This document shows positions 23,601-35,674 of a stretch of 48,107 nucleotides of DNA, piece by piece. Made by a program: the position numbers and the translations under genes. Position 1 is the first letter of the stretch; every line of letters starts with the position of its first letter. The notes under the pieces were generated by a model. The model saw only the letters and a list, made by a program, of their open reading frames with translations. It was not told the DNA's origin and did no database searches. This stretch comes from Sphaeroforma arctica JP610. Lineage: Eukaryota. The stretch lies in assembly GCF_001186125.1 (NCBI RefSeq), contig NW_014039990.1, positions 11,343 to 59,449 on the forward strand, in the 5' to 3' direction.

Positions 23601-24696
23601 GTCTATTCGCTTTCTTTATAATATTGAATCGATGCTAATCAGGAAAGTAATTGGAGGGTTTCTTTTAATGATCGTGACTTTAACAAAAGTCCGTTCACGG
23701 AGAAAAGGCAAGACGCAGTAATACGTGTATCGAAGAACTGATGCCGGCAATGGGAACAAGCGATTTATTCGGGAGAGTATCAAAAGGGAGTTTCTCTACA
23801 TAAACTTATCAAGCAATATGAAAAGAGAGGGAAATTTTTCTCTTTATGGCTTTGCCTGATTTTGCCGGTATGTATACGATTAAACCATGTCAGTGGCACA
23901 TCGAATTGATATAGAACATTTTCAACATGTATCTCTCACAGAATAAATTGATACAAAGTCTGACTTCCATAGTTTAATTTGCCCTGCCACCGCCCTGTCA
24001 CAGATATCATTACGTCCGTCCCATACGCTGATAACAATCCGACCCGTATACAGGCGGAAAATTCGCCACTGAGATGTGACACGGAAATCGGTGAAAATTT
24101 GTTTTTCAGGCTGTATCTCTGGATATTTGAGTTAATGTAAAGACTATGTTTGAGTAAAATAAAGACTATATTCACATTTATGGCCTTAAAACTTGTGCTT
24201 GCTGACGAAAATATATACATTACTTGGAGACAGGCTCTTCCTCTGCCAGTGCAGACAAGGAACGGACATTGTATCAACAACGACAATGACTACGCATCAA
24301 GGTGTGTTTACATATTTGAGAATGACTGTCATTTCTCTATAAGATGAAGCTCGGTAAAGTCTTCACTGAACCCAATTTCCCAAGCTACCATTAGCAGTGT
24401 ACTGCCATGGGAATTAGAACATCGAACATAGCAGGCCGAAATTCATGCATCCGGTTCACCAATAAAAAAATGACTGCAAACCGCAATGCACGCCTAGCAG
24501 CCAAACGAAGTGAAAGGCTTGGCAAGTCTAAGGTGTTAATGTCTAGCAAAAATATGTTTTATCGATCTACGTTGCTGAGAAAGATAGCGTCGCCTTCTGT
24601 TAAGCAGTGAGAACAGTGAACATGTAGAAAAGAAGCGAAAGGAGATAATCAACGTAGTTACCAGTGTAGCAATAGGTACTGTGTCAGAGTCGAAGT

Positions 24697-24831
24697 CATT
24701 TTATATCGGCGACTGGATCTTGCAGGAAAGCAATGTATTACAATGCTGCGAACCAGGGGAGTGACATTTTATATCGGCGACTGGATCTTGCAGGAAAGCA
24801 ATGTATTACAAAGCTGCGAACCAGGGGAGTG
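24697..24831. repeat. 68-bp tandem duplication
   Basis: CATTTTATATCGGCGACTGG...CCAGGGGAGTG starts at both 24697 and 24765, and the copies are near identical. Confidence 0.95.
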
Positions 24832-25365
24832 GATCAAAGGCTCGCTTATATCCGGAGTATTCTACCATTTGTCGCAATTACCTTCTTAGGCTGTTCGTTT
24901 CTGTGATGCGAATACACATAGAGACTATTATACAGGTATTGTAGGGCAGAAAGCTTACGACTTAAGGGACCACCACAGGTGTCCGAAAGGATCTCTATAT
25001 TGATCCCGTGGAATCGTAGCAACGCATATTGGACCTTAGTGGTTGTTACATTGTACAAAACAACCGCAAGAATATCTATTTAGGATGGTATGCCAAGTCC
25101 TGCTAGAGCTGACGACCAATTCAGTTATATAGTACGATGGATAAAATGTTACCTCACAGATAATGTAACATACAGCCTCAGAGTAGGTGGTAAAACCCAA
25201 CACGACAGTTTTAGCTGTGGGGGGTTGCTTTGTGCCAATGCTAGAGCATTATCAGAAAATCTACGACTCGTGCATGATTTGGAGGCATTGTCTTCGCACG
25301 GCTATGTCACAAGTGTCCAATATGACAACAGAAATAGAAAATGGATTTCCAAAACACTATTTTAG
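24765..25365 (+). pseudogene. Ulp1/SENP-type (peptidase C48) protease domain, inactivated
   Basis: CEPGEWIKGSLI, then one frame reading ISILIPWNRSNAYWTLVVVTL..ARISI*DGM...KTQHDSFSCG. The catalytic His is read as Tyr (TAT at 25027), with Asp at 25084 and Cys at 25216. Confidence 0.8.
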
Positions 25366-28300
25366 TATGTTCCTGCAAAAGAGCATCACAGACCACGTGA
25401 GTTGCGCACCAGGCAGTGAGATAAGCTTGAATGAAGTAACATATATCAATACCAAATAATAAAAGACAACATCCCCCCCCCTTAACAAATTTATTCGTAA
25501 AAAATGGATGTAGCCGACGGCTCTTTAATTCAAAATTAAACAAATTTTGCACGATAAAGTCAGTAAATGTACATTAAAAAAAAATTATTGTCGCTATTAA
25601 AATGTACATTTGTACATAATTGATCAAAATTTCAGTACGTTTTCACCGGTATATTGGGGCGAATGTACGTTTAGTGACATTTTTGTTCTTGAAAGTACCA
25701 GTGGCAGCTTATTCGAACACTCTTCAAAGGGCCACCGATATTTCGGAAATAATTTCAATAGAACAAGCGATACTTGTTGGCGCTCCAAGTTGCTTGGCAA
25801 TACATTAACGCGATTGATATATGCATGAGCAAACATCTATTATCTTGGTGCATAGTGTACAGTTTTGTCGTATCCTTTGGATGTCGCAGATACCCGCTGG
25901 CAACTGAAAATCTGTAGATGATACTATGCTCGGTTATTTTAATATATATCCATTTCTAATCATATTGTTCACAATGTGAATCCGACAATAATTAGAAAGC
26001 ATTTCTCAACCATTATTCATGATACTGCTGGACAAGGACTGCTGTGTAGTGATGATCTGGAGGTTCTGGACTTAAGATGCACCTTGAAAGTCAACTTAAT
26101 AGCAGCACTCACGTCGAAGATGGTAAGATATATGGTAGCGCCCGCCACTTGAGCCTTAGCGATAGTAACAGGTGTAAGATTGTACGGCTATTCCTTTATA
26201 CATCATTTTATATATAAAAAAGTTTAAACTTCAAATTCATTGATAGCCTCTTCACACTATTAGAACACTTGTTATACACAAAACTGAACAAAATCGGTAA
26301 TTACTCATAGTAAAGATTTATATTCGATCACGAATTGGACTAATCGTGGCTTATATCATTCTGTTAATCAATTTAAAAGATGGGTGAAATTCTAGGTGTG
26401 GCTTGACATGATTACCAGGTTGATGATTTGATTTCAGAATTCACATTCAAAAATTTGATTTATGTATATCTTGTCAAGAGCGAGGTAAAAAAAATTCTAC
26501 TACGAAATCAGCTTGGGTTGATCATTGTAACTGATTCCCCAAATGAATCTAGATCAAGATATCCAGTGATAGGTTCCCATGTAGGCCATGTACATTTAGA
26601 GTATTTCCTCGCAGAGCTATGCATTCAAAGTCGCATCTCAAACCTCACTTTTATTCAATTTACTACCGACGTCTAAAGCTGAATTTCACTCGACCATTGG
26701 TCGACTCAATTCTTTCACGCGACGGCAATAAATAATGACAAGCGTACACAACCTAAATTTGCCTGGCCAACATGTCGGTTTTTGGCTATGTCTGGCGGTG
26801 CAAATTTTTGCATTTGAAAGTATCAATAAAAAAACATTCAACTGTAGCGCTTGTTCTTGTTTCACACCTTAAATCAATATGGTGTCGAGGAAGTTCGAGC
26901 CGGATCTAGTACTCAGTGCAGAAATGCCATATTCCAAATACAAGCAAGGGTATCGATAGAGATCTATCAACCAGTATATTGGGGACACTGGCTATATGAA
27001 ACAATGGTTTAGTAGCGGTATTTTATGTATCCTTTTTAGACATTCGAGATACGGTAATCTGTTCGTGAACTGTTTGTTTGCCATCAATGGGCCATTCTTT
27101 CAGCTTTCATTTTTTTCTAACGAGCATATAGATTTCTCATGAATGTTGGATCTGAAAGGTTATCTCCTAAACAAGTTGCTTGTTGTATAGTGATGAGGCC
27201 TTTGTAGTGGCATCGTATTATGCCATTTTTCAACTCTATCGATCCCTTTGAATATTTGTCATAAGGGGTATTTATGTGAATGCTTTTTGACCGATGCGAC
27301 AGTATCAAGGTTGGTTCTCAATTTCCTTTTAGTAACCTCGACACAATAATTTTTCAGTCAAAAGGTCGACATAAGCTTGCTATGCACTATACTGATAAGC
27401 GCACTCATCCTAGGATCAGAACATTGAAGGTTGTAACACAGCGTGCTATTGAAATCTTTGTAACGCTTGTTGTGTTAATGTAGTTTCAAACAGTGAAACA
27501 CGTCAGTGCTAGATTAAATCCAATTGGAAGGCGTTATTTTCAGGGTGCGTTTGGGGCTTCGCTTAGATAACTACTCATGCTCCGCAGTGAACATGCCTTT
27601 TTAAACATTTTCCAGCGTGACTGTGTTAAGTTATACACCGTTTGTGCAAGATGTTTCTAGATTAGTTATTTGAAGGTCATGGTCGAATGAGATATCATAA
27701 CAGAAATGCGGGCTTCTATCCTTGGGTGTTTTTAAATATTTCAGCAGAACGTTGACTATATCAACAGCACACTAATTGCTAGATAGAGTATATGAATTCG
27801 AAGTAAGGTAGAAATATCAATTGCCAGCCGACATATAAGTGATGTATATAAAAACAGGTTTGAACTCGCCCTAGCGCACGCACTACATAGCTCGTGGTAA
27901 GGTAGCTAAACTGATTACAGTTTTAAGCCTGATTCGATGCAAATATATAACAAGTATAACCAGCAAAAAAATGTTAAAATATCCACTTATAGTTCCGTAA
28001 CAATCAGCAGTCGTCACAAGGTAAATTTGTACCGACAGCACAGTAGCGTACGGTGCAGGATATTCGAATCGTTAGGAGTACTGGAAACTAGATATCGGAA
28101 TCTGCTTTCTTTTAAATAAACTGACTTCAGCCTGACTAATATATCACATATAATTAGTAATTGACCGTTTCAGGATGTTGTCCGTAGTAAAACCTTCTGG
28201 TTTATATAAGCCAGTCCCCTGCGAGGTACAGTGTCGACTAGCTTGTCAAGCTAAGAAATCTAATTCACCTCTTAACTCAACAACCAGGCAGGAAATAGTA

Positions 28301-28804
28301 TTTGTATATGATCGAGAAATTCGAGGGTTAAATGGTGATCAGTCAAAAATCAACCTTCACACAACCCGGATGTGAAACGGTTGTAAGATCTGTTGTCACG
28401 TGAGGACAAACTCCAGATTCAGCACGAGTAGTGAACATCAATTCGTTAAAGCGATTTAAAGCGATTTACCGGACTCGTTTATTCTCCAAGTTCCATTTTT
28501 TTTTACGTAAGTGAGGAATGGCATCCAAATTACCAACTTGATTGTCACTTATGTCTTTTATATCTATGTTAACGATATATTGAGACAGGCTTAAGGCACG
28601 CGGCGTTCTAAAATCTCAGTACTGCTGTAGCCAGTGACTATGGTATATCATACTTTCACGTTTATCGTATCCCAGATACCCTTTCTACCTATTCTAGCCT
28701 AATACTACTGTCCAACCTGACGAGCGCACTTGGAAAATTCAAATACCGCCACGGGAGTTGGTCTCCTTGGTATTTATAACAGCGAGTTAAAGAGTGGCAG
28801 TGTG

Positions 28805-28890
28805 CTTTCAAAAAGTTTCTCATACTGACCATATGAAATTTTAAGCTGGCTTATTCAAGTTGTTTGAAATAAAAGCATAAACACCAGAAG
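28805..28890. repeat. Short diverged relative of solo-LTR family B
   Basis: AGTTTCTCATACTGACCATATGAAATTTTAAGCTGGC..CAAGTTGTTTGAA resembles 23203-23257. Boundaries are unresolved. Confidence 0.4.
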
Positions 28891-29639
28891 ACTTACATTT
28901 GCACTTTGTTGCAAGTCTAACACTGGCATCTGGATACTTTGTAATCCAATATATGCAAATTCAATCTAAAGCAAACTCAACGAACAGGTTGGGATGGAAT
29001 AAAAAGCATCGGGTTTGGTCGAGAGAAGATAACCAATATAAGTGCCTAGAACTGCAATCACAAACAATAGTGTTAGTAACCATCTTTTCACTTTTAGAAA
29101 GGTGATACTGGGCGGGCATGGAATTGACGTATACCGCGAGGTGCAGTCGTACTGTCGGTTTAGTGGCAGGTGACTTGCTGATTTACACAGTCTACAAGGA
29201 TGTCGCCCTGCTCACACCAGAAGAACCTACTCGAACTGTCTGAAGATTTGCTCAAAGATATCTACATCACCTAAAGCCTAAAGAAATTCATTAGACAGAG
29301 AACTCAGAGAATAGCGTATCACATGAATATGAATTTATTTCTCATATAACGCATTGTATATCCGACTCCACCTCCCCCTGTATACAGTGCGAGTTGCTTA
29401 CATGTTTGTTTGTTATTACAGTCTTGAGATGCAAGCTTTATGTATTATGTTTCCAGGGGAGCACCGAATTGTGATGATACTGACGTACACGACCAGATGC
29501 AGTCGCAACCTTACAATCAAAAGAGAATTTCTGTATAACTCCCTCAACACTGTGAATCGGTAGGGTATATCCAACCAACACAGCGTTTTCTATACAGGAG
29601 TCGCAGTCGTACGAAAAACTTTTAAATTGTTTTTGTCGA

Positions 29640-29935
29640 ACACACAGTTTTACTATTATTATACGGAAGTCGCAGAGTACTGACCGGTTCTTGTGTATGG
29701 GTGCGCTAGAAGTGAGAATCATGATTGCTAGCAAGCTGTTGTAAGTGAAGCAAACGAATTCTCTTCTTGATTATCCGATGCAATTTGCGTTCATTTTAAG
29801 TAATTATCTACTCCGGATACCTACACTTTTCTATAATCGTTCATAATTCTTGGAACATTTTTGTCGTGCTTGTGCATGAGTGCGCTACAAGTGAGAAAAA
29901 CGATTGCTAGAAAGCCGTTGTAAGTGTAACTCAAA
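29640..29935. repeat. Diverged ~180-bp direct repeat
   Basis: GTGCGCTA(G/C)AAGTGAGAA..GATTGCTAG..AAGC.GTTGTAAGTG at ~29701 and ~29880. Confidence 0.75.
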
Positions 29936-30738
29936 ATTCAAATAGTTATTTGTTCAAATATCTACGCTTTTCTGTGATCGCCCACAGATATTGTAATATC
30001 ATGTCCATGCGCATTTTACCAATTTATTGTGAATCCACAACGAATTCGCGTACATCGGCTAAAAGTGCCTCAAGGTATTGTGTGTTGTTTGCTGTATTTT
30101 ATACTATCACATTATACCATCATGATTTGCACTCGTTCACTAAAAATGTTCTAGGAGGTCGTGAAACGTGTAGCTAATCATACAATGATGATCGTTATCA
30201 ACTAAATATACTTCAAATGAGAAGTAAAGTTATCCCCATTTGTACCTCCAATTTCATCACTGTAAAATAGGTTGCTATTTTTACCGGACCTCACTGATGA
30301 GCAGCAATGTCGAAGTAAAATAATATGAATATCGATATTGTAGTTTTGAAAGTTTGGCAGTAACAAAAGTACATGGTACGTCGATCTCAGATGACGACAA
30401 TGGGGAAAAATCTGCCCGCATTTGCGAGTCATCTTGTTTATACATAGCATCGCAGTTCTATGATGTTAGTTAAATTATGCATGTGGAGAAAATAGGTTTC
30501 CGACGACAGCGGCATGTTGAGGTACGCTTGAAAATTGCAGGAACGCGATTACATAGGGATTATCAGGTTTTAATGACTGATATGTCACTTGAGATTTGGG
30601 CTTTAGTGGTTTTCTCGGGACAGCCATGCTTCTTATCTCTGTGTGCTTCTCTTTCCTCAGAGATGTGGCCACTTTCGCACAACGGGTACATCCACTTTTG
30701 GTTTAAATCATATAACCATTATTGACGACTAAAGAAAG

Positions 30739-30860
30739 GTGGCGCTGAAGTTGTACGTGGCCATTCGGTCATACGAATGGGCGGTCAGACAGTTATTCTA
30801 TATAGGCAAAGCGAATGATAGATTGGAGTATAGAAATTTCAATCGCATGCGAAGAAGAAA
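30739..30860 (+). pseudogene. Possible GIY-YIG nuclease fragment
   Basis: KLYVAI...LFYIGKANDRLEYR has the Y..YIG..R spacing of GIY-YIG nucleases, but the match is short. Confidence 0.35.
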
Positions 30861-30904
30861 TATCCACAAATTACAGAATTATTCTATTGCAGAATCGCCG
30901 CAGC

Positions 30905-31105
30905 CCAACTTGCTACTACGGGGATATCACAGAGCTGCGATCTATGGGTTCGATTCCCCGATTTCCAAAAGTTTTCTGTGATAGCGTGTTGTCGCAGCGC
31001 TACTGAGTCCTGGGGAACAAGGGGACTCGTGCCTAATAGGTTACAGTTTTGTGATATCCTCGTAGTAGCAAGTTGGTTAACCACTCCTACTACGGGGATA
31101 TCACA
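30905..31105. repeat. Three-copy direct/inverted repeat (A, A', A)
   Basis: CCAACTTGCTACTACGGGGATATCACA at 30905-30931, its reverse complement with 1 mismatch at 31050-31076, and a 19-bp direct copy at 31087-31105. Confidence 0.9.
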
Positions 31106-31829
31106 GGTACAGTATCGACCACGGTGTATAAAGAGGTGTGATCTGGATTTCGTTGCTCGCACCTCGTTTCTAATGTAACTTCTGGGCCATATAGTCTGGG
31201 GAATTACCTAAGAAGTATTCATAGTTCTGGTTACAGAAGCCAGTATAGATAGCATCGACTCGTACGGTATTGATGCTTCGGTGATTCGCAGATTTATTGT
31301 AGTGGCCTGGTGACTTGGAAAAGTAGCTTCTAGTAGAGAGCACGAGATTAACTCTCATCATAGCCCCGCCACTTTTCCCATCCCCCGAATACGAGGCCAC
31401 TTCTTCACTACGATAGTCGTATTCACGGTTGTGTCTCGATCAATCTGGATTGGCACCGTGTGTGTACCGGACACATTTATTGGAGATTCCAGAAGAATGG
31501 CAGCTAAATATAAGTGTAAAAAAATAGTTCATATAAATTAATGCGGATACGGTTTTGGTGTATGTATTTGGAACATGCAGCACATCTAAGTATGACAAAA
31601 TTCATCGTTTGCGAATGCAGACAATTTGCAGAGACGATCAACATATCACACACAATTGTATTGATATTAAATCAGTTGAGCGTTGTCCACCGCGACTACA
31701 TTGGCGTACGAATTGCCATTTTATAGCTCCCAACCGAAAATCTTTGGATCACACAAAAATCAATCATGAAGGCTGTGAAGTATAATATACACTATTCCAA
31801 AATATGTATAGGTACAGGAGTTATACTTT

Positions 31830-32400
31830 ACTGACAAGAGTTTGAAATCGCGAAATGCCACAAAATTGCACACACATAACCAGAAGAATGCCACGCATGC
31901 GACGATATATAACTATCCTTTACTCTGCGTTTGTGTGTGCACAAACCTGGATTTATATCGATCTTCAGTTTGTTGCGGAAGTGTTCTGCGAGCTTAAGTG
32001 CAGATAGTTGCAGATTGCGAGGATTGTCTTGGCCCAGCTGTACATTGAGTGTCGAAATGAGCAAATTGTGTATAAGTATCGCTACGTCTGCTGACAAGCA
32101 TGAGAGAAGGGCATAACTGTCGAACTATTGGGAATCATAGTTGGGTGCGTGTGCCGGAGAGATCGAATTGAAGATATACGAGGACCCAATTTTCGTCTTA
32201 AGCACAGAATGTGGATCTGGACTGTACCTACCTACCTACAATAGGCTGATATGGACCAACATGCATTCTTATACCATCTACATGCTCACGGCGGTGTCCA
32301 CATAAACACCCCGACTGCACCATAGGCGATGCTGTCCCCATTCATGCAACAGTCAGCTTTGCGTAAAACTATATATTCTTGCGGTGAGTGTGCCATATTG
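31830..32400 (-). pseudogene. Possible decayed RNase H1-like domain
   Basis: Minus-strand pieces KADCCMNGDSIAYGAVGVF, YDSQ and SYISSHAWHSSGYVCA fall in RNase H motif order but are heavily degenerate. Confidence 0.3.
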
Positions 32401-33373
32401 CATGTATCAGTGCCCGCTAATGCCATTTAAAACTCAGAGACCAATAACTGCGCGCAGAGGTGTCTCAGATAAAATCCAAAACTAATCCGAGACCAAAAAA
32501 CGTATGTGAACCAACATACTTCGATTATAGAGTTTTTGAAGAGCTGCGCATATCGGTCCCTTCGCTTCGTATACGAGTCCGTCTTTTCCTTTCCCCCGTT
32601 ATCTGCGCCGATCAAAGCTTTAAGCTCTTTGCGTTCTCTCGGTGTAGCATAGCGTGCTTGCTTAGAAGGAAGTAACTGGTTGCGCAGCCGCCCGTGTGCC
32701 ACAGCTACGGACATCCCAGTCTCTCCCAATCCTACGGTTAAATTGCGTGGACGGGGGTTTAAAGGCTAATTTTAATCCACCCGTGGTTAAGATGTAGTTT
32801 GCGGTTTAGGACAACGGTATGTGCCGAATGTGGACAAACTTGGGATCTCTATCGTCGAGTAAGATATGCTGGTCGCGTCAAAGGTACACAGAACCTTTCC
32901 GCGAAAGTTGAATGTACTTTGATCCGAGCTCCCGTTTATCATAACACAAAGCGTGTGCCGCGTAAATAACAAAAGCACCCCCCCCCCCCCCCTTTGGTTG
33001 AACGTGTTTATAAAACGGATGCACAAAATGGAAAATGGGAGCATATCAGAAGTTTAGACTTTCAAATCAGCAATACAGGCACGAATATAGTCACGTGCGA
33101 GGCATGGGTTAGTATGTTTCTGTGTCTAAAGCTATTACTATTGGAATGGATCCTATTGTATAGACTTACCTTCAACATCTTGCAGAAGCACGGCTCCGAC
33201 CTTCGGGCTCTTGTTAGCTTTAATACCTTTCTTGGTATACGACTGCACACAAATAAATCAGAAATGAGAATGAGAAGAAAAAAAAGCCACAGCTACGCGG
33301 GAACGAGTTTTAATTCATGTACATGCAGATTATAAATTCAGGTCCAATAAAAGAATACAATACTATTCAGGTC

Positions 33374-33553
33374 AGACAACAACAGAATAATATGTATAAA
33401 TCCATTCAACATCTCATGCACAGGAATATTCATGACATGAGAGCATCCCAGTGGCAACCAAATTCCACTAGGACAACAAAACAATATATATAAATCCATT
33501 CAACATCTCATGCACAGCAATACTCATGACATGAGAGCATCCCAGCGGCAACC
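33374..33553. repeat. ~97-bp tandem duplication
   Basis: TATAAATCCATTCAACATCTCATGCACAG..CATGACATGAGAGCATCCCAG.GGCAACCA occurs twice. Confidence 0.9.
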
Positions 33554-33604
33554 ATGCTTGTAAATTTGATAAAGATACTCTTACATACGTAATTAAGTAT
33601 GATT

Positions 33605-33984
33605 TATGTATATATATATATATATATATATGAATACACAGACACAGACAATCACACGCACACATCTATATATACACATATATATGCATACATATATACA
33701 TGTGAATATACATATATACATACACACACACACACACACACACGCACATATATATAATATATAATATATATATATGCATATACATATACGTGAATTTATG
33801 TGTGCATATTTGTAAACATGGGTTTATATAAATATACACACAGACACACACATAGACACACAGACAAACACAGACACACATTCAAATATAAATATATATA
33901 CACACACACACACATATATATANNNNNNNNNNNNNNNNNNNNATACACGTGTACACAGACACAGACACAGACACACACACACGT

Positions 33985-34023
<39 letters not shown>

Positions 34024-34050
34024 AATATATATATATATGCTACATAAACA
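33605..34050. repeat. Compound (TA)n/(CA)n microsatellite with assembly gap
   Basis: Seen directly. N run at 33923-33942. Confidence 0.95.
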
Positions 34051-35355
34051 CATCTACATCAAACCTCACTCGCCAACATGCGCGCGAGGTCAAGAAGATC
34101 ATCACGTAGCAATAATCGGCTTGATGTGCTCACGATTACTGTCGCCAGCGATGGCGAGGACGATTTAATTCACTTGTCTAACGCTATATAGAGACATGTA
34201 TATAGCCTACCCTAATTTGTGTCGTTAAGATGCCAGTTAAGGGACGGGACGCACCATGCGGCGAGCCCCCGAAGTATTTAATTGCTTGAAACATATTCAC
34301 TAGTCAGTTCTCTCCGAGCGCTGTGTGCGTGCTGTGTGTATATACCCTGCCAAACTATATATGTATCTAACATGTATTCTAAATAAATTTATACATAAAT
34401 ACCATTTATAATTAATGATCTCTATTTATTTATCATACTCGTACATATTATTTATTTTAGCAAGTTAATCGTGCGCGTGAGCTCTCCTTCTCTCGCTATA
34501 TGATCACTGATATATTTACAAGAGAAGAGAGACAGAGCCCCATCTGACAGCTCAACAAAAAATGGCGGCACCTCGAAAATAGTTCGGTACATAAAATTTT
34601 GACCCGAGTTGATCTGTGGGGTCAAAATACGAATATTTAACACGTATCCTATTGTACATAATCGTCATCTGTATAAATATATATAGTAAATAAGCGAACA
34701 TGCATGTATGTGGCAGCTCAACATCCAGTATAATTAGTACACACAACATCCATGGATGCACACCATACCATTGTTCTTCAACGGATACTAGGATAGTATC
34801 TAAGAAGTAGTAAATTTTCTCTATCTGAAAGCACGTCCTGTTTCATACACTTGAAACCTCTTGTGCTCTGACGGACATGAGTCTCGGTGGCTTCGGTTCC
34901 GGCACCCCCGGTATGTCGAACAGGAGTAGAGTGCTCGTATGTCTCTTTGTGTAAACGTTTATATATATTAAAGTAGGCGTGTTGTATCCCAAATGCCTTG
35001 TCAGGTTTCGTTTCCACAACAAAATATAAAAGTTTTGTGTAGATCTGATCACATGCTTCCTGTAATTTGTGTTTAGTATAAATTGTACACGAACCGTCTT
35101 TTGCAGGTTTGATCGCATACAGGGTTGCTTTGTTCATACGATAACACACTATCTCGTTGATCTGATTTGTTCGTAATTCGATTGCTTAGTAAATTTTGAA
35201 CACATGCTTACGGTAGTCTGAATTTGTTCACGCCCGCATCTCAGACCAAGTGTATCGAGATACTCAGGATATATGCTTGTGAGTTAATGTCGTGTCAAAT
35301 GTTCCTCGGCTAACAGTAGCTTTAAGTATGTGTATCTATATGATACGATTGAATT

Positions 35356-35407
<52 letters not shown>

Positions 35408-35623
35408 NNNNNNNNNNNNNNNNNNNNTATATATAAATACATATAAACGTATACACAACCTATTATCTGAGTATAATCTTATTGGTCTCTCATGAACAAT
35501 AAGCAGTTTTGCGACATTGTGTATCAGTGAACAAATGTATCTCTTTTACCTACTATGCTCCACATGTATATATTCTTATATCTGATTGCTAACCTCACCT
35601 CTGTTTGTCTTGGCCACTGGTAG

Positions 35624-35674
35624 CTTTTGGCGGCGGCGGCTTCGGATCGGCGGCCAGGCAACAGCCAGCAGCAG
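35624..35674 (+). CDS. NUP98: NUP98 internal FG exon (51 nt)
   Basis: Branch point GCTAAC at 35588, TAG acceptor, GTGAG donor. Encodes FGGGGFG. Confidence 0.8.

Noticed and set aside
26010..26080. DTAGQ small-GTPase G3-like motif
   Set aside because: No P-loop or NKxD motif in frame or nearby, so it is probably chance.
27117..27308. Integrase/IS30-like TPYDKYSKGSIELKNGIIR on the minus strand
   Set aside because: The upstream catalytic Asp motifs were not found, and it is too short to call.
30290..30320. Hammerhead-like CTGATGA-GCAGCAATGTC-GAAG
   Set aside because: Needs two changes to fit the core (stem II bulge, GAAG instead of GAAA), and no stems I/III were found.
30890..30970. tRNA gene suggested by GGGTTCGATTCCC
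   Set aside because: The T-stem has only 3 pairs, and there is no A box, D arm or acceptor stem at the right spacing.
33468..34053. ORFs rich in CV/HT/YI (also near 35292, 46860-47389 and 47908)
   Set aside because: Translations of (CA)n/(TA)n microsatellites.
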